Under the pieces are notes generated by a model. That model made no database searches. It saw nothing but the letters and a program-made list of their open reading frames with translations, and had not been told where the DNA came from. Shown here piece after piece: positions 15,033-30,369 of a stretch of DNA of 64,000 nucleotides. Origin of the DNA: Octopus sinensis. Taxonomy: Eukaryota. Positions within the stretch are counted from its first letter, which is position 1, and the number at the start of each line of letters is the position of its first letter. The DNA lies in the NCBI RefSeq assembly GCF_006345805.1, contig NC_043005.1, positions 108,810,001 to 108,874,000 on the forward strand. Direction: 5' to 3'. Both the position numbers and the translations under genes were made by a program.

Positions 15033-15779
15033 TTACAGACAGTTCTAGAGGCATCATAATCTGCATGGTCCCAAACGATGATGATTTATAAGGTTTGATT
15101 TCTAAAGTCAATTTGAGTATGTTCCAAAAGAAAATCTTGTCAATGAAAAAAAAAAATTGGTAGGATATATGTGACTCTGTTATATTACTGGTATATATAT
15201 CCTGTGAGCTATAGAAAGATGAAAGGCTAAAAAAAAAATCAATTCACACAAAAAGAAGAGGAAGAAGAAATGATAACAAAAATATGCAATAAAAAAAATA
15301 AATAAAATAAAATTAAGCAATCATAAAAACTTTGCAATCAATGGTTTGTTTGGTTTTTTTTTCTTTTACTTTTGGAAAAATTACAAAACAGAAAATTAAA
15401 AAGTATAAAATTAGATAAAAATATGTTATTTATTTATAAATACAAAAATAATATAAAATATAACGATTTTTTTTTCCGCTGTTTCGAATCATGAAATATC
15501 AAATGCTAACAGATGCAAAATATTAAAGTAGAGGATTACGTATAATCTAATCGTTAAAATTGGAGATTACATTTCTAAATAACAGCAGATATAATCTACA
15601 AACATTTATTTACTGAATGTCATCACATGAAAGACTGTATTAATACGTAGAGCATTCTATAATCATACAACTGTGTGTTGTATATGCTTCTTTTACTTCA
15701 TCACATATCTTTCTATCTCTTTCTCCATATTTCTACTTATATACATATATGTATACATATAGTGTGTATCTGTAAATAC

Positions 15780-15877
<98 letters not shown>

Positions 15878-15946
15878 TATATATATATATATATAAATGT
15901 ATGTATATATATATATATGTATGTATATATAAATACATGTATATGT

Positions 15947-15978
<32 letters not shown>

Positions 15979-16062
15979 TATATATATACAGATATCTATA
16001 TCTATCTATATATATATATATATATAAATATACATATATATATAATATATATATATACATAA

Positions 16063-16113
<51 letters not shown>

Positions 16114-17207
16114 GCTTATATATATATATATATAATAATGTATATATATATATATTATATATATATATATTATATATATTATATATTATATATATATGTG
16201 CTTATATATATATATAAATATATGTATATATATTATATATATATATTATATATATATATATATATGTATATATTATATATATTATAATATATATATATAT
16301 ATTTGTGCATATTGTATAATGTGCAATTTGAGTGCATTTTTGTTAGCATGTATTAGTTAAAGAGTACACACACACATACACACATACACATCTTCAAATA
16401 TTTATATCACTGATTCAGATAAGGTAGCAGCCATCTTCATTTTTTGAAAGCTGTATTTGTGTTTGAATTAGATTTAGCCTTTGTACCTGTGTGCATGTAT
16501 CTGAGTATGTATGTTTGAAAATATAAAAAAATAGTCCATATAAGTGAATGTATATGTATATGTATGTGCAACCAATGTACTTGGTTCCACATCATACCAA
16601 TTAATGTATACAAAAAATATTCATAGATTATCTATTTGGCAATATGTATGTAGCTGTATGTAAAACATGTCTATCTATATCTCTAGCCATCTATCTGTTG
16701 TCTGTCAGTCTGTCTATCTATTAACACACACACATACATATATATGTCATCATCATCATCATCATCATCGTTTAGCGTCCGTTCTCCCTGCTAGCATGGG
16801 TTGGACGGTTCGACCGGGGATCTGATATATATATATAAATATATGTATGTATATCTGTGTATATTATGTATATTAAATATGTCTATATATACAAGTATAT
16901 ATGTATATGTATGTATACATATATATACTCACCTATCTCTGTTTATCTGAAAGCATGTAAATGTATATATATATTTTTCTCAGTTTTTCTGTTTAAATAT
17001 ACATATACGCAGGTATATATATTTGTTTTTTAGTATGCAGAAATCAGTTTGCAATTATACTCCTCTATCAAAATGCATGCATTCACATCTGTGCAAGCAT
17101 GCATATTTAACCACACATATGCACACATATGCACATCTGCACATGGGTAAATACCTATACATACAAATATAAATAAATGTGTAACACATATAGACATATA
17201 CACATGC

Positions 17208-17240
<33 letters not shown>

Positions 17241-17610
17241 TATACATACATGCACACATACATACATGAGCATTTATGTGTATATATATTCATCTATCTA
17301 TGTGTTAGTAAGTTTGGAACTTGATAAGGGTCTGTTTTGTATTTTTTTTCAAAATGCTGATGATAAACATGATCAGGATGATATTGACAATAATGATGTT
17401 GATTATGACGATGGTGATGATTTCTGTAATCTCCCATCAGCCATGTCAATATTACATAAACCATCTAAATATTAGATTTAAAGAGATTTTATAAAATTGA
17501 CTGATAAAACTTGCTTATTTTCTATATTTTTGCTATTAATTATCATATTTTCAGAAAACTTTGTAGGGGTTTAATTGGGATGCAATGTGTGTGTATATAT
17601 ACATATATAT

Positions 17611-17716
<106 letters not shown>

Positions 17717-18480
17717 TATGTATATATATATATATATCATCATCATATATATATGTATATATATATATATGTATTTGTATATATATATATATATATATGT
17801 ATATTTATAAATATATATATATATATATATGTATGTATATATGTATACACATATATGTATTTATATAATATATAATTAATGAAAAATAATGTATGTCTCT
17901 CTCTCTCTCTCCCTACATCCTCTCTCTATATATATGTGTGTGTGTGTGTAATTTATAAATATATAAAATGTATAAAATATATATATACATACAGACATAC
18001 CCACATATTTATATGTACATTTATATATGCATATATATATACATATATATGTAGGTATATAATATATAATAAATGAAAAATAATGTATGTCTATATGTAT
18101 AATTTATGAATATATAAAATGCATAATATATATATATATATATACATATGCCCACACACACACACACATATTTATATGCACATGTATGTATGCATATATA
18201 TATAATATTCACATACAACTACATACATGTGTGTGTGAGTGTGTGTGTGTATGTGTGTGTGGTTTGCTAAGTGTGTTTGTCAGTGTATAATTACATGACT
18301 TCATGACTGTAGGTGTATATGTTTGACAGTGAATGCCTTATTCATTCTACACCAGAATTGGAAGCAGTGTCATAAATGAAAAATTATGGAGTTGTCCTTT
18401 GAAGTCCTCTTTTAAGGACCAGGCATCAGATTTGAAATCATGTGTATTATTGAGTGTATCTTATATGTGTTTGTGAGTGT

Positions 18481-18833
18481 ATACAAAGGGAAGTCAAAAA
18501 TTATGTGCACTTTTGCCATAACATATCTTTATCATAGTCACACTGCCTTCTGCATACGCACGCTTATAGTTGGTACTATTGTGGTCACTTGATCAAAGTT
18601 TGTGCCTTATCAGGCTATTTTTCTTTCTGGCTTTACAGTGTAAGTATGGTCCCTCCACTAGCAATGTGCACCAAAGAAGAACAAAGACCAGCAATCCAGT
18701 TCCTCTGATCAAAAGGTGTGTTAAGGGCTTTTAACACAATATGGGGACAGTGTGCTACTGTGTAGAAGTGAGTATGAATGGACTGAGAAGTTTAAAAGTG
18801 GCTGGACAAGCATGACACACAAAGAGGGAGCAG
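18481..18833 (+). mobile_element. mariner transposon 5' relic
   Basis: TIR-like TACAAAGGGAAGTCAAAAATTAT. Translation MVPPLAMCTKEEQRPAIQFL*SKG...QYGDSVLLCRSEYEWTEKFKSGWTSMTHKEGA matches the mariner N-terminal HTH pattern. Joined to a family A SINE tail at about 18833-18935. Confidence 0.85.
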
Positions 18834-18959
18834 TAAGTACTAGGCTTACAAAGAATAAGTCCTGGGGTCAATTTGTTCGACTAAAGGCTGTGCTCCAGCA
18901 TGGCCACAGTCAAATGGCTGAAACAAGCAGAAGAAATATATATATATATATAGACGTAG

Positions 18960-19023
18960 AGTTAGATAGATAGATAGACAGACGGACAGACAGACAGACA
19001 GACAGACGGACAGACAGACAGAC

Positions 19024-19104
<81 letters not shown>

Positions 19105-19190
19105 AGTAGGTAGGTAGGTAGGTAGGTAGGTAGGTTGGTAGGTAGGTAGGTAGGTAGGTAGACAGATAGATAGACAGAAGACAGACAGAA
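18960..19190. repeat. (GATA)n/(GACA)n/(GGTA)n compound microsatellite
   Basis: Directly visible. Confidence 0.95.
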
Positions 19191-19409
19191 AGATATCATC
19201 AAATGGGAGCTCCTGTTCAAACGCTTGATCAGGACTTTGGATTGAGGATAACTTCCTCCTTTCCTTGCCATCAGTTTGGTTGTCCATCTTCCTCTGAATA
19301 TGTTATAAATATCCCCAGCATCAGATTTTAAAATTCAAATCATAATTTTGTAATAAGTACATTATTTACATATGCCCATGGGCATATGGCATGAGTGGTG
19401 GTGGTTTTG

Positions 19410-19453
<44 letters not shown>

Positions 19454-20020
19454 TACTTAGCCCTGTATCAACACTGATTGATCAGACCTGAATTTAAATG
19501 CATTGCATCGTATGCATTATTTCTTTATTAGATGTAATTTGCGGGAGGTTCTGGCTACCGTTTCCAACAAACTAATCATATAGAGATTTAGTACCTCATA
19601 TGCACTAAATCTGAGAAATTTCTGCCAACAGTATAAGTTTCTGAGGTGTATCACAACATTAAAAAAAATATCAAATAAATAACAGGGAGCTCAGAACGGA
19701 ACCTTGTTGAATGCAGCTTGAATCACATTTCTTAATATCCAAGTAACTTGCTAAGAATGCAAATCTCCAAAACCAAACAAGAATTATACATTTTCTTTTC
19801 ATTTTGTGTAATAATCATTGATTACAGATTTGGAAAAAGACTGTTTTGCTTCATGGCTTTTTGATATTTGCTTAATAATCACTGATAACAGATTTGGACA
19901 AGACTTCACTTGCTTCATGAGTTTCTGAGAAATCAGAGTTGATATCAGAACAGTCAATCATATCGAGCAAACAAACTCTTCAAAAACAGAGTGATTGGAT
20001 ACTGCTTTTATATATATATA

Positions 20021-22708
<2,688 letters not shown>

Positions 22709-22721
22709 TACATATATATAC

Positions 22722-22752
<31 letters not shown>

Positions 22753-22772
22753 ATATATACATACACACACAC

Positions 22773-22811
<39 letters not shown>

Positions 22812-23406
22812 CATATATATTTATACAAATATATACACACCCATGTTTATGTATGTATATAACAACATGAAAGAATAACAAAAACAGCTATGAGAGCTGC
22901 AACAAGAAAGACTTGTATTTTCAAAAATTCTGACAAAGGTATTTTTGTTAAGCAAGTGTTGCATCTTTTGTTGATGGTAAAATTGAATTTCTTCATACAT
23001 TAAGGCTGGATTTTGGCTCTTTCTTTACCAAAACCTACTCAACCTTTTCTATTTTGAAGTAAAAGTAAAAAAAAAAAAATGTCCATAATAATAAATTATA
23101 TAGATTAATCAAAATCAGGATGAATAACAAATAGAAAAAATAAATAAGAAAAATTTAATGAAGAATGATGATGATGATGATGATGATGATGACAATGCTA
23201 ACAATGCAAGGATGATGATAAACATTATTTTTAACACAAAATCATGAGAATCAGACTGCAAACAACATATTAACTATATTCTTTTAAAAATTATTAATAT
23301 TAATACTTTTATCATCGTCCTCATTGTCGTCACCATCATCATCATCATCATCATTATCATCATCATCATCATCATCATCATCGTCATCATCATTCTCATC
23401 ATTAGT

Positions 23407-23850
23407 TAGGTGGTGAGCTGGTAGGATCGTTAGGCACTATGGACAAAATGCATGGTGGTATTTCATTTATTTCTATATTCTAAGTTCAAATTCGACCAAG
23501 GGTGACTTTGCATTTCATTCTTTTGGGGTCATTAACCCTTTTTATTACCAACCCGGCTGAAACCAGCTCTGGCTCTATAATACAAGTGTTTTGTTTTCAT
23601 AAGTTTTGAATTAAAATCTTCCGCCAAACCTTAGTCACAATTCATGTTCCTAACACTAGCTGAATGATAACTAAGTTATTTTACTAAACTCTTCGTTATT
23701 TCTCTGTTGTTAATTAAAAGAAACACAGAGCCTCTCGAAATAAATACAGTAAGAAAAGGGTTGAAATAAGTGGCAGTCAAATACTAAAGTCAAAGTAGTT
23801 AACTAGCCCTGCCCCATAAAATTTCAGGCTTTGTATCTATAGAAGATTGG
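23407..23850 (+). mobile_element. Decayed SINE family B interrupted by a piggyBac-like MITE
   Basis: GTGGTGAGCTGGTAGGATCGTTAG head and GACTTTGCATTTCATTC CORE-like segment; resumes after 23760 and ends at AAAATTTCAGGCTTTGTATCTATAGAAG + (TTA)n. Confidence 0.75.
23536..23760. mobile_element. piggyBac-like MITE
   Basis: TTAA-CCCT...AGGG-TTGA; homologous to 4551-4771. Confidence 0.85.
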
Positions 23851-24564
23851 GTTATTATTATTCTTTTAACTCAAGTTATTATTATTATTATTCTTTTAAC
23901 TCAAGTTATTATTATTATTATTCTTTTAACTCAAGTTATTATTATTATTATTCTTTTAACTCAAGTTATTATTATTATTATTCTTTTAACTCAAGTTATT
24001 ATTATTATTATTCTTTTAACTCAAGTTATTATTATTATTATTCTTTTAACTCAAGTTATTATTATTATTATTCTTTTAACTCAAGTTATTATTATTATTA
24101 TTCTTTTAACTCAAGTTATATTATTATTATTCTTTTAACTCAAGTTATTAATATTATTATTCTTTTAACTCAAGTTATTATTATTATTATTCTTTTAACT
24201 CAAGTTATTATTATTATTATTCTTTTAACTCAAGTTATTATTATTATTATTCTTTTAACTCAAGTTATTATTATTATTATTCTTTTAACTCAAGTTATTA
24301 TTATTATTATTCTTTTAACTCAAGTTATTATTATTATTATTCTTTTAACTCAAGTTATTATTATTATTATTCTTTTAACTCAAGTTATTATTATTATTAT
24401 TCTTTTAACTCAAGTTATTATTATTATTATTCTTTTAACTCAAGTTATTATTATTATTATTCTTTTAACTCAAGTTATTATTATTATTATTCTTTTAACT
24501 CAAGTTATTATTATTATTATTCTTTTAACTCAAGTTATTATTATTATTATTCTTTTAACTCAAG
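23851..24564. repeat. 30-bp minisatellite, 24 copies
   Basis: Unit TTATTATTATTATTATTCTTTTAACTCAAG. First copy short, one 29-bp copy (24116-24144), one substitution (24151); otherwise homogeneous. Confidence 0.97.
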
Positions 24565-24656
24565 ACTCCTGGAGTCTTGTATAAGTAGTGGGCCTGTTAC
24601 TTAAAGCCTATGGTACCATGCTATTCATTCTCTTCCACTATCTAATAGTTTCTTGA

Positions 24657-24891
24657 GTAAGGCAGCGAGCTGTCAGAATCGTTAGCACGCCGGGCGAAGT
24701 GCCTAGCGGTAATTTGTCTGCTGTTACGCTCTGAGTTCAAATTCCGCCAAGGTCAACTTTGCCTTTCATCCTTTCGGGGTCGATAAATTAAGTACCCGTT
24801 ATACACTGGCGTCGATGTAATCGTCTTAATCCCTTTGTCTGTCCTTGTTTGTCCCATCTGTGTTTAGCCCCTTGTGAGTAATAAAGAAATA
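24657..24891 (+). mobile_element. SINE family B (full length)
   Basis: GGCAGCGAGCTGTCAGAATCGTTAGC head, GTTCAAATTCC B-box-like; TSD AGTTTCTTGA at 24647-24656 and 24892-24901. Confidence 0.92.
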
Positions 24892-25349
24892 AGTTTCTTG
24901 ATGATTCTGGCTGTGCCAAGGGGGAAAATTTTTGCAACAGCTCTCCTGGGCACTCTGTTCCCATTTCTTTTATATTTCTCTCAATAACTTTTGAATGCTG
25001 TCCCCACAACCTCAACAATAATTGGCACTGTCTTCACCTTTTTTCATTTTCTATAGTTCAGCTATCATGTATTCAAGAGGTTTGTATATGTCCTTCTTAA
25101 CTATTTGTGGGTCAACAGAGCACACAACAGCATTTATAGGGGAAGATATAGTTCATCTTGTCCACCACCTCTTGGTCTGGTTTCTTGTGTTCAAGCACCT
25201 GATCCATTTGGATTGGAATTTCCCACAGGATTTTGAAAGTCTCTGACTCAGTCACTCTCTGTGGTCTGTGTTTGTATCTCGGATTGCCTCTCACTAACCC
25301 ACACTTTCCATACAGTTTTCAATGTGGCACTTTTGCTACCTCCTCCTCC

Positions 25350-25540
25350 TCCTCATCATCATCATCATTTAACGTCTGTTTTCCATGCTAGCATGGGTTG
25401 GACGGTTCGACCGGGGTCTGTGAATCCAGGAGGCTGCACCAGGCTCCAGTCTGATTTGTCAGTGTTTCTACAGTTGGATGCCCTTCCTAATACCAATCAC
25501 TCCGCGAGTGTAGTGGGTACTTTTTACGTGCCACCTGTGG
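25350..25540 (-). mobile_element. SINE family C 3' part
   Basis: CATCATTTAACGTCTGTTTTCCATGCTAGCATGGGTTGGACGG...; splits the Dong/R4-like reading frame. Confidence 0.88.
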
Positions 25541-25849
25541 TCAAAATTTATATTGATTTGAAGCAAGTTGATGGTATTCATTCACAATATGGGCAACAGT
25601 TTCTCAAATCCATTACAAATTTGACACAATTTCTAAGGTTGACCCTCTGATTTGTGACCAAAGTTTGGCTTTGCACTGCAAGTATAATGCTCTCAGTCTC
25701 CTTTTTAAATGTTCAGTTCTTTAACCAGTTCCATCACTTGTTCTCCAGCAACTTCAGCTGTGGCCAGATGGAATTGGTTGTGTTGCCCCTTGCTGAAAAT
25801 TTCTTTTGATACTTCTTTCCTTTTTCCTGCTTTTTCCAATCATCATCAC

Positions 25850-26000
25850 TATCACCACTGCCGCCGCCGCCACTGCCACCACCTTCGTCGTCGTCGTCGT
25901 CATCATCATCGTCATCATCATCGTCATCATCATCATCATCATCATCATCACCACCACCACCACTACCACCACCACCACCACCACCACCACCACCACCACC

Positions 26001-26059
<59 letters not shown>

Positions 26060-26062
26060 GAA
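25850..26062. repeat. (CGT)n/(CAT)n/(CAC)n trinucleotide array
   Basis: Directly visible; source of the poly-His/Asp/Gly ORFs. Confidence 0.95.
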
Positions 26063-26699
26063 CATTATCACTATCACACTGTGGTAAGGAAATATTTGCT
26101 TTTTTGTTTTTGCTTTTGTCTTTTGGTCTGTAAATGTTATTTCCTACTTGCTTCTGTCTAGAAATCAAGGGAAATGACGATTTTCCCCTCCAAACTTTGC
26201 TTTTGTGACCTGTATCGTTTCTAGTCGTCTCAGCTCTCACCAACTGACTATAAAATATACAAAGCTGACAGGGTCCAAGAGTAGCATCACTCCTCTGAAT
26301 GTTCTTTGCTATAATCCTTATATTGCAGCATCCCACAAGGCAACATGATGACCACAGAAAACATGGAAGTGTTTTCCTAATCATTAAAACAATGTGTATC
26401 CTTGGCCTTTAAGCTCCTACATGACCTGCCCTGATCAGCAAAACAAAAAAAATATGCTTTCATATATCACTTAGTCACCAAGTTAGGAGAAATATGGTAC
26501 AGTCTTACAAAAACAGTGATATGGTCATTTATAAAAGAAATGAGCGTGATAGATGACTTAGTCTAGGAACAGTCAATAGGCTAAGACAAGCAAACAAAGT
26601 TGTCCAAGCAAGAGACTCAGAGCACAATTCTTCAGGCGAGGAAAATGTAATGATTCTCTCATCCTCAAATATTGACATGAACAAGGTAAAAATAGGAAA

Positions 26700-27250
26700 C
26701 CACAAAGCTGGAATCAAAATCAGTTCTATTTTCAGGCCCTTGACCAAGATCAACACAAAATATCCGCAAAATGGATTTATGCAAAGAAAATGTTAAATGA
26801 CAAACAAATTTGTAAAGCAGAACTTGTAGTAAGAGACTTTCAAAACAGAGATGCTTGTAATACCAGAAGTGACCCTTCCACATGTTTATAAAAGGGGTTA
26901 CGTATAGCATTAACAATTATGGCATCTCAGAGTTGGCTATACAAATCAATGGATATTAAAACTGCCTTCTTACAAAGAAAGCCATGATACAGACTAGTTT
27001 ACCCAGACATTCTAGGTAAACTAATTTGGCCAATGTACCTCCAGATTATATATGGAAATTTTCAAAATGTGAATATGGCTTGACTGATACTTCAAGGTCC
27101 TGGCATCTAACAATCAGAGAGGAATTAATTGAGTTGGGGTCAGTAGCATCAAAATACGATCTGGCAATATTTACATGATGCTGTAGAAACAAACTGCATG
27201 GTAGTGTTGCTACATGTGTGGATGACTTCTGCTTTCCAGATTCAATGACC
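26700..27250 (+). mobile_element. Ty1/copia reverse transcriptase relic
   Basis: DQDQHKISAKWIYAKK..CKAELVVRDFQ..RSDPSTC..LRIALTIMASQSWLYKSMDIKTAFLQ; after a frameshift IWKFSKCEYGLTDTSRSWHL..LIELG..SKYDLAIF..LHGSVATCVDDF. Matches the copia KARLVARGF, DIKTAFL, LxKxxYGL and VDD motifs. Upstream 26160-26700 may be decayed integrase or linker. No LTRs seen. Confidence 0.88.
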
Positions 27251-27440
27251 ATTCAGACTCAACTAATAGATAGGCACCATAAATCATTTAAAGTTAAGTC
27301 TGAGGATTAGAAATGAAAAAGAATGGGAAAAAATATTAAACTCGGAAAAGATGAATATGTAAAAAAACAATTGAAATATTAGAAATATTAAATTTCTAAA
27401 TGTCTCAAAGAGACATGAGCGGTGGTGGAGCGATAAAGTA

Positions 27441-27723
27441 GTTGTATACTGTCAACTTAACGTGACAGTCCCGTATGGAAATTACACCACCGCTGTTTAG
27501 CCCTAGGAAGCATCGACGCTTCCTGTTGGCCTTGACACATTTCCTGTGTTTTTATATATTTATGAAGGCCTAGCTGTTGGGGGTGCTTGTCTCCCCTTCA
27601 TAAATATATAAGGACACAGGAAATGTGTCAAGGCCGACAGGAAGCGTTGATGCTTCCTGGGGCTAAATAGCAGTAGTGTGATTCCCTTTACGAGACTGTC
27701 ATGTTAAGTTGACAGTATGCAAC
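27441..27723. mobile_element. Palindromic (foldback) MITE
   Basis: Arms 27441-27568 and 27595-27723 are reverse complements (about 90 percent identical, mostly transitions) around a 26-nt spacer. Confidence 0.9.
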
Positions 27724-28022
27724 CACTCAATTGAAACATGTTCCAATTGAAACTAATAGAAAATTAGAAAATCAAAATTTCAAAAAGAGATTCTATAGAA
27801 ATTGCAAAAATGAGAGGCCAAGTAAATTGGTTAGCCACACAAAGTAGACCAAAGATTTATGTTATGATGTTAGTGAATTAGATTCTATTCTAAAACATGG
27901 AAATATGGAGTGCGTTAAAGAAATTAACAAAACAGTAAAGAAAGTTAGTAAAATCTCATATTCTAGAATTAGGAAATTTTGATTGTTTACAGATAATGGT
28001 TTATAGTGATGCTACTCTTTAA

Positions 28023-28427
28023 TCTTTTACTCTTTTACTTGTTTCAGTCATTTGACTGCGGCCATGCTGGAGCACCGCCTTTAATCGAGCAACTCAACCC
28101 TGGGACTTATTCATTGTAAGCCTAGTACTTATTCTATCGGTCTCTTTTGCCGAACCGCTAAGTGACGGGGACATAAACACACCAGTATCGGTTGTCAAGC
28201 AATGTTGGGGGGGACAAATACAGACACACAAACACACACATGCATATATATATATACATATATACGACGGGCTTCTTTCAGTTTCCATCTACCAAATCCA
28301 CTCACAAGGCTTTGGTCGGCCTGAGGCTATAGTAAAAGACACTTGCCCAAGGTGCCACGCAGTGGGACTGAAACCGGAACCATGTGGCTGGTAAACAAGC
28401 TACTTACCACACAGCCACTCCTGTGCC
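28023..28427 (-). mobile_element. SINE family A (full length)
   Basis: Homologous along its length to 3211-3608. Confidence 0.92.
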
Positions 28428-28746
28428 TACATTCACTAATTTGGAAGATAGTAGGGGAGTGGGTCACCAGGAAGTTGAATGGTCCTTTTGGTTGGTGACA
28501 ACAGTAATTATATGCTTTTGGCATGACAATCTAAGCATATTAGAAGAGATGTCAAAAGCATTATAGCTGCGGAAACCTTGGCATGGTTGACATGTTGGGT
28601 AGTTTTTATATAAAATTGTTTTTATTAGAATGGCTACAGTAGAGGATAATAATGGAAACATAAAAATAACTTGCAAGATAAACAATTCTTACGTCTATGA
28701 TACAGTAAACTCAACCACTCAAATTTTAAGACTTTACACAGAAATA

Positions 28747-29040
28747 GGCTCAGGAGTTGCTGTGTGGTAAGTAGCTTGCTTACCAACCACATGGTTCCGG
28801 GTTCATTCTCACTGCGTGGCACTTTGGACAAGTGTTTTCTACTATAGCCTCGGGCCGACCAAAGCCTTGTGAGTGGATTTGGTAGATGGAAACTGAGAGA
28901 AGCCCGTCGTATATATGTATACGTATATATATGTGTGCTTGTATGTCTGTGTTTGTCTCCCCCTCACTCAACATCGCTTGACAACCAATGCTGGTGTGTT
29001 TACATCCCTGTAACTTAGCGGTTCAGCAAAAGAGACCAAT
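28747..29040 (+). mobile_element. SINE family A (3' truncated)
   Basis: GGCTCAGGAGTTGCTGTGTGGTAAGTAGC head through AAAAGAGACC. Confidence 0.9.
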
Positions 29041-29239
29041 TTGCTGACATTTTGACAAAGAATTAGGTACCACCTTTTTAAGATTTTGGGGCTTAAGATT
29101 CAGTACAATTGCTAAAGTTATCCAAAAACAAGTACTTTTGACTTACCTCAGATGCTGAGGTTTCTTGTTAAAAATGATTCAAAAATAGAAATTACTCAGT
29201 AAATGCAAATTTTGTAGTAAGAGAAGAGTAAAATTGCAG

Positions 29240-29880
29240 CCAAAGGTGCTCGTTATAATTTCCTATTCCTTCAGTGGGGATCTATATAGCATTCACAAGT
29301 ACTTTCAAGATGTTATGGCTATAGTAGGGAACTACAAAAGAACTGAGTGTTTTTTTTTTTTTTCCAGCATACACCTGTAATTCAAAATGACCAGAAATTG
29401 TAAGCCATGATACTGAAACTATGGAAAATTGCCCTAACTTGACAACCAGTGTATACAATTTTCGGCTTACTGAGTTACTAAATAATTCAAAAGAATTGCT
29501 AATTTTTACAGTCTCAGATTCACATGTTTATGTAATGGAATTTCAGAACCATGGACTTCCTTATTGCCACATGTTAATTCTTCTACAAGATGAGAATAAC
29601 ATGAGAACTCAAGTTGATATTGACAGCAGAAATTACAGGTGAAAACAAAAACATGTAATTTCAGAAAATTGTGAAAAAAATTGTGATACAGAGACCTCAG
29701 CTCTTTGCTTTATAATTGGATTATATCAAAAGAAATTCCCCGAAAGCTTCCAGGAAAAAAACCCATTTTAAATATAAGCATTTAATCTGAATACTGTCAC
29801 TACAGTAATGAAACTGAAGTACATGTTGAATACTATTTTATTGACAGTTGCTATGTGGTGCTGTATATCACAATTGTGTT
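29240..29880 (+). mobile_element. Helitron Rep (HUH) domain relic
   Basis: HKYFQDVMAIVGNYKRTE..YTCNSK*PEI..CPNLTTSVYNFRLTELL..YVMEFQNHGLPYCHMLILL..RTQVDID; later YQKKFPESF and IDSCYVVLY. Parallels the Helitron YQDAMA, FTCNPKWPEI and EFQKRGLPHAH motifs. Frameshifted, HUH motif degraded. Confidence 0.85.
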
Positions 29881-30369
29881 TAGACTAATTTTAATATACA
29901 TTAAAAGTACAAAATATTTTTTTTTTATATATGTTTAACAGTGAAATGATTTTGTATCCATAGAAACAACAAGCAGTGTTGCCAATTATTTTATTGTCAT
30001 TGCTTAGTTGCTAATAATGAATTAGAGGAAAAATAAATTAATGTGCAACTCCAGTAATTTTATCATACCTGTAGATTTGTGTCCCCCCCCAACACACCTT
30101 GTAACAGCTTGGTGATTGTTACATGTACAAGATATGTAGTACACCTACATAGTTTACTGACTAACTATCCTCCTCCCAAGACAGTGAAGAGTGTACCTTT
30201 AAAGAGGTGAAGCTCATTAATCCACTGAGGTTCACCTTTGACCGTTTTGTTACTTTAATAGCATGGCATAAGCTAAAATCTTGAAGTTAATGCATTTATT
30301 ATCTCAAACAGATGAACTCCCACTTAGGATGTTTACAAAGAAAATGGAAAGAAATTGATGTAAAGAAGC

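Larger units (their letters stand above)
24550..25830 (-). mobile_element. Dong/R4-like non-LTR retrotransposon, 3' part (restriction-like endonuclease), decayed
   Basis: Minus-strand translation across stops and shifts: WNWLKN*TFKKETESIILAVQSQTLVTN; AKVPH*KLYGKCG..YKHRPQRVTESETFKILWEIPIQMDQVLEHKKPD; VKTVPIIVEVVGT; LGTARIIKKLLDSGRE* (TGA 24625-24627). A short 3' UTR ends CTTGAGTTAAAAG(AAT)n. Interrupted by two SINEs. Confidence 0.88.

Noticed and set aside
23851-24564. Regularly spaced repeat resembling a CRISPR array
   Set aside because: No unique spacers; pure tandem units in a eukaryotic context; no cas genes.
23847-24584. 245-aa ORF with YYYYSFNSS / IIIILLTQV repeats
   Set aside because: Product of the 30-bp minisatellite; starts at TTG and changes frame at the 29-bp unit.
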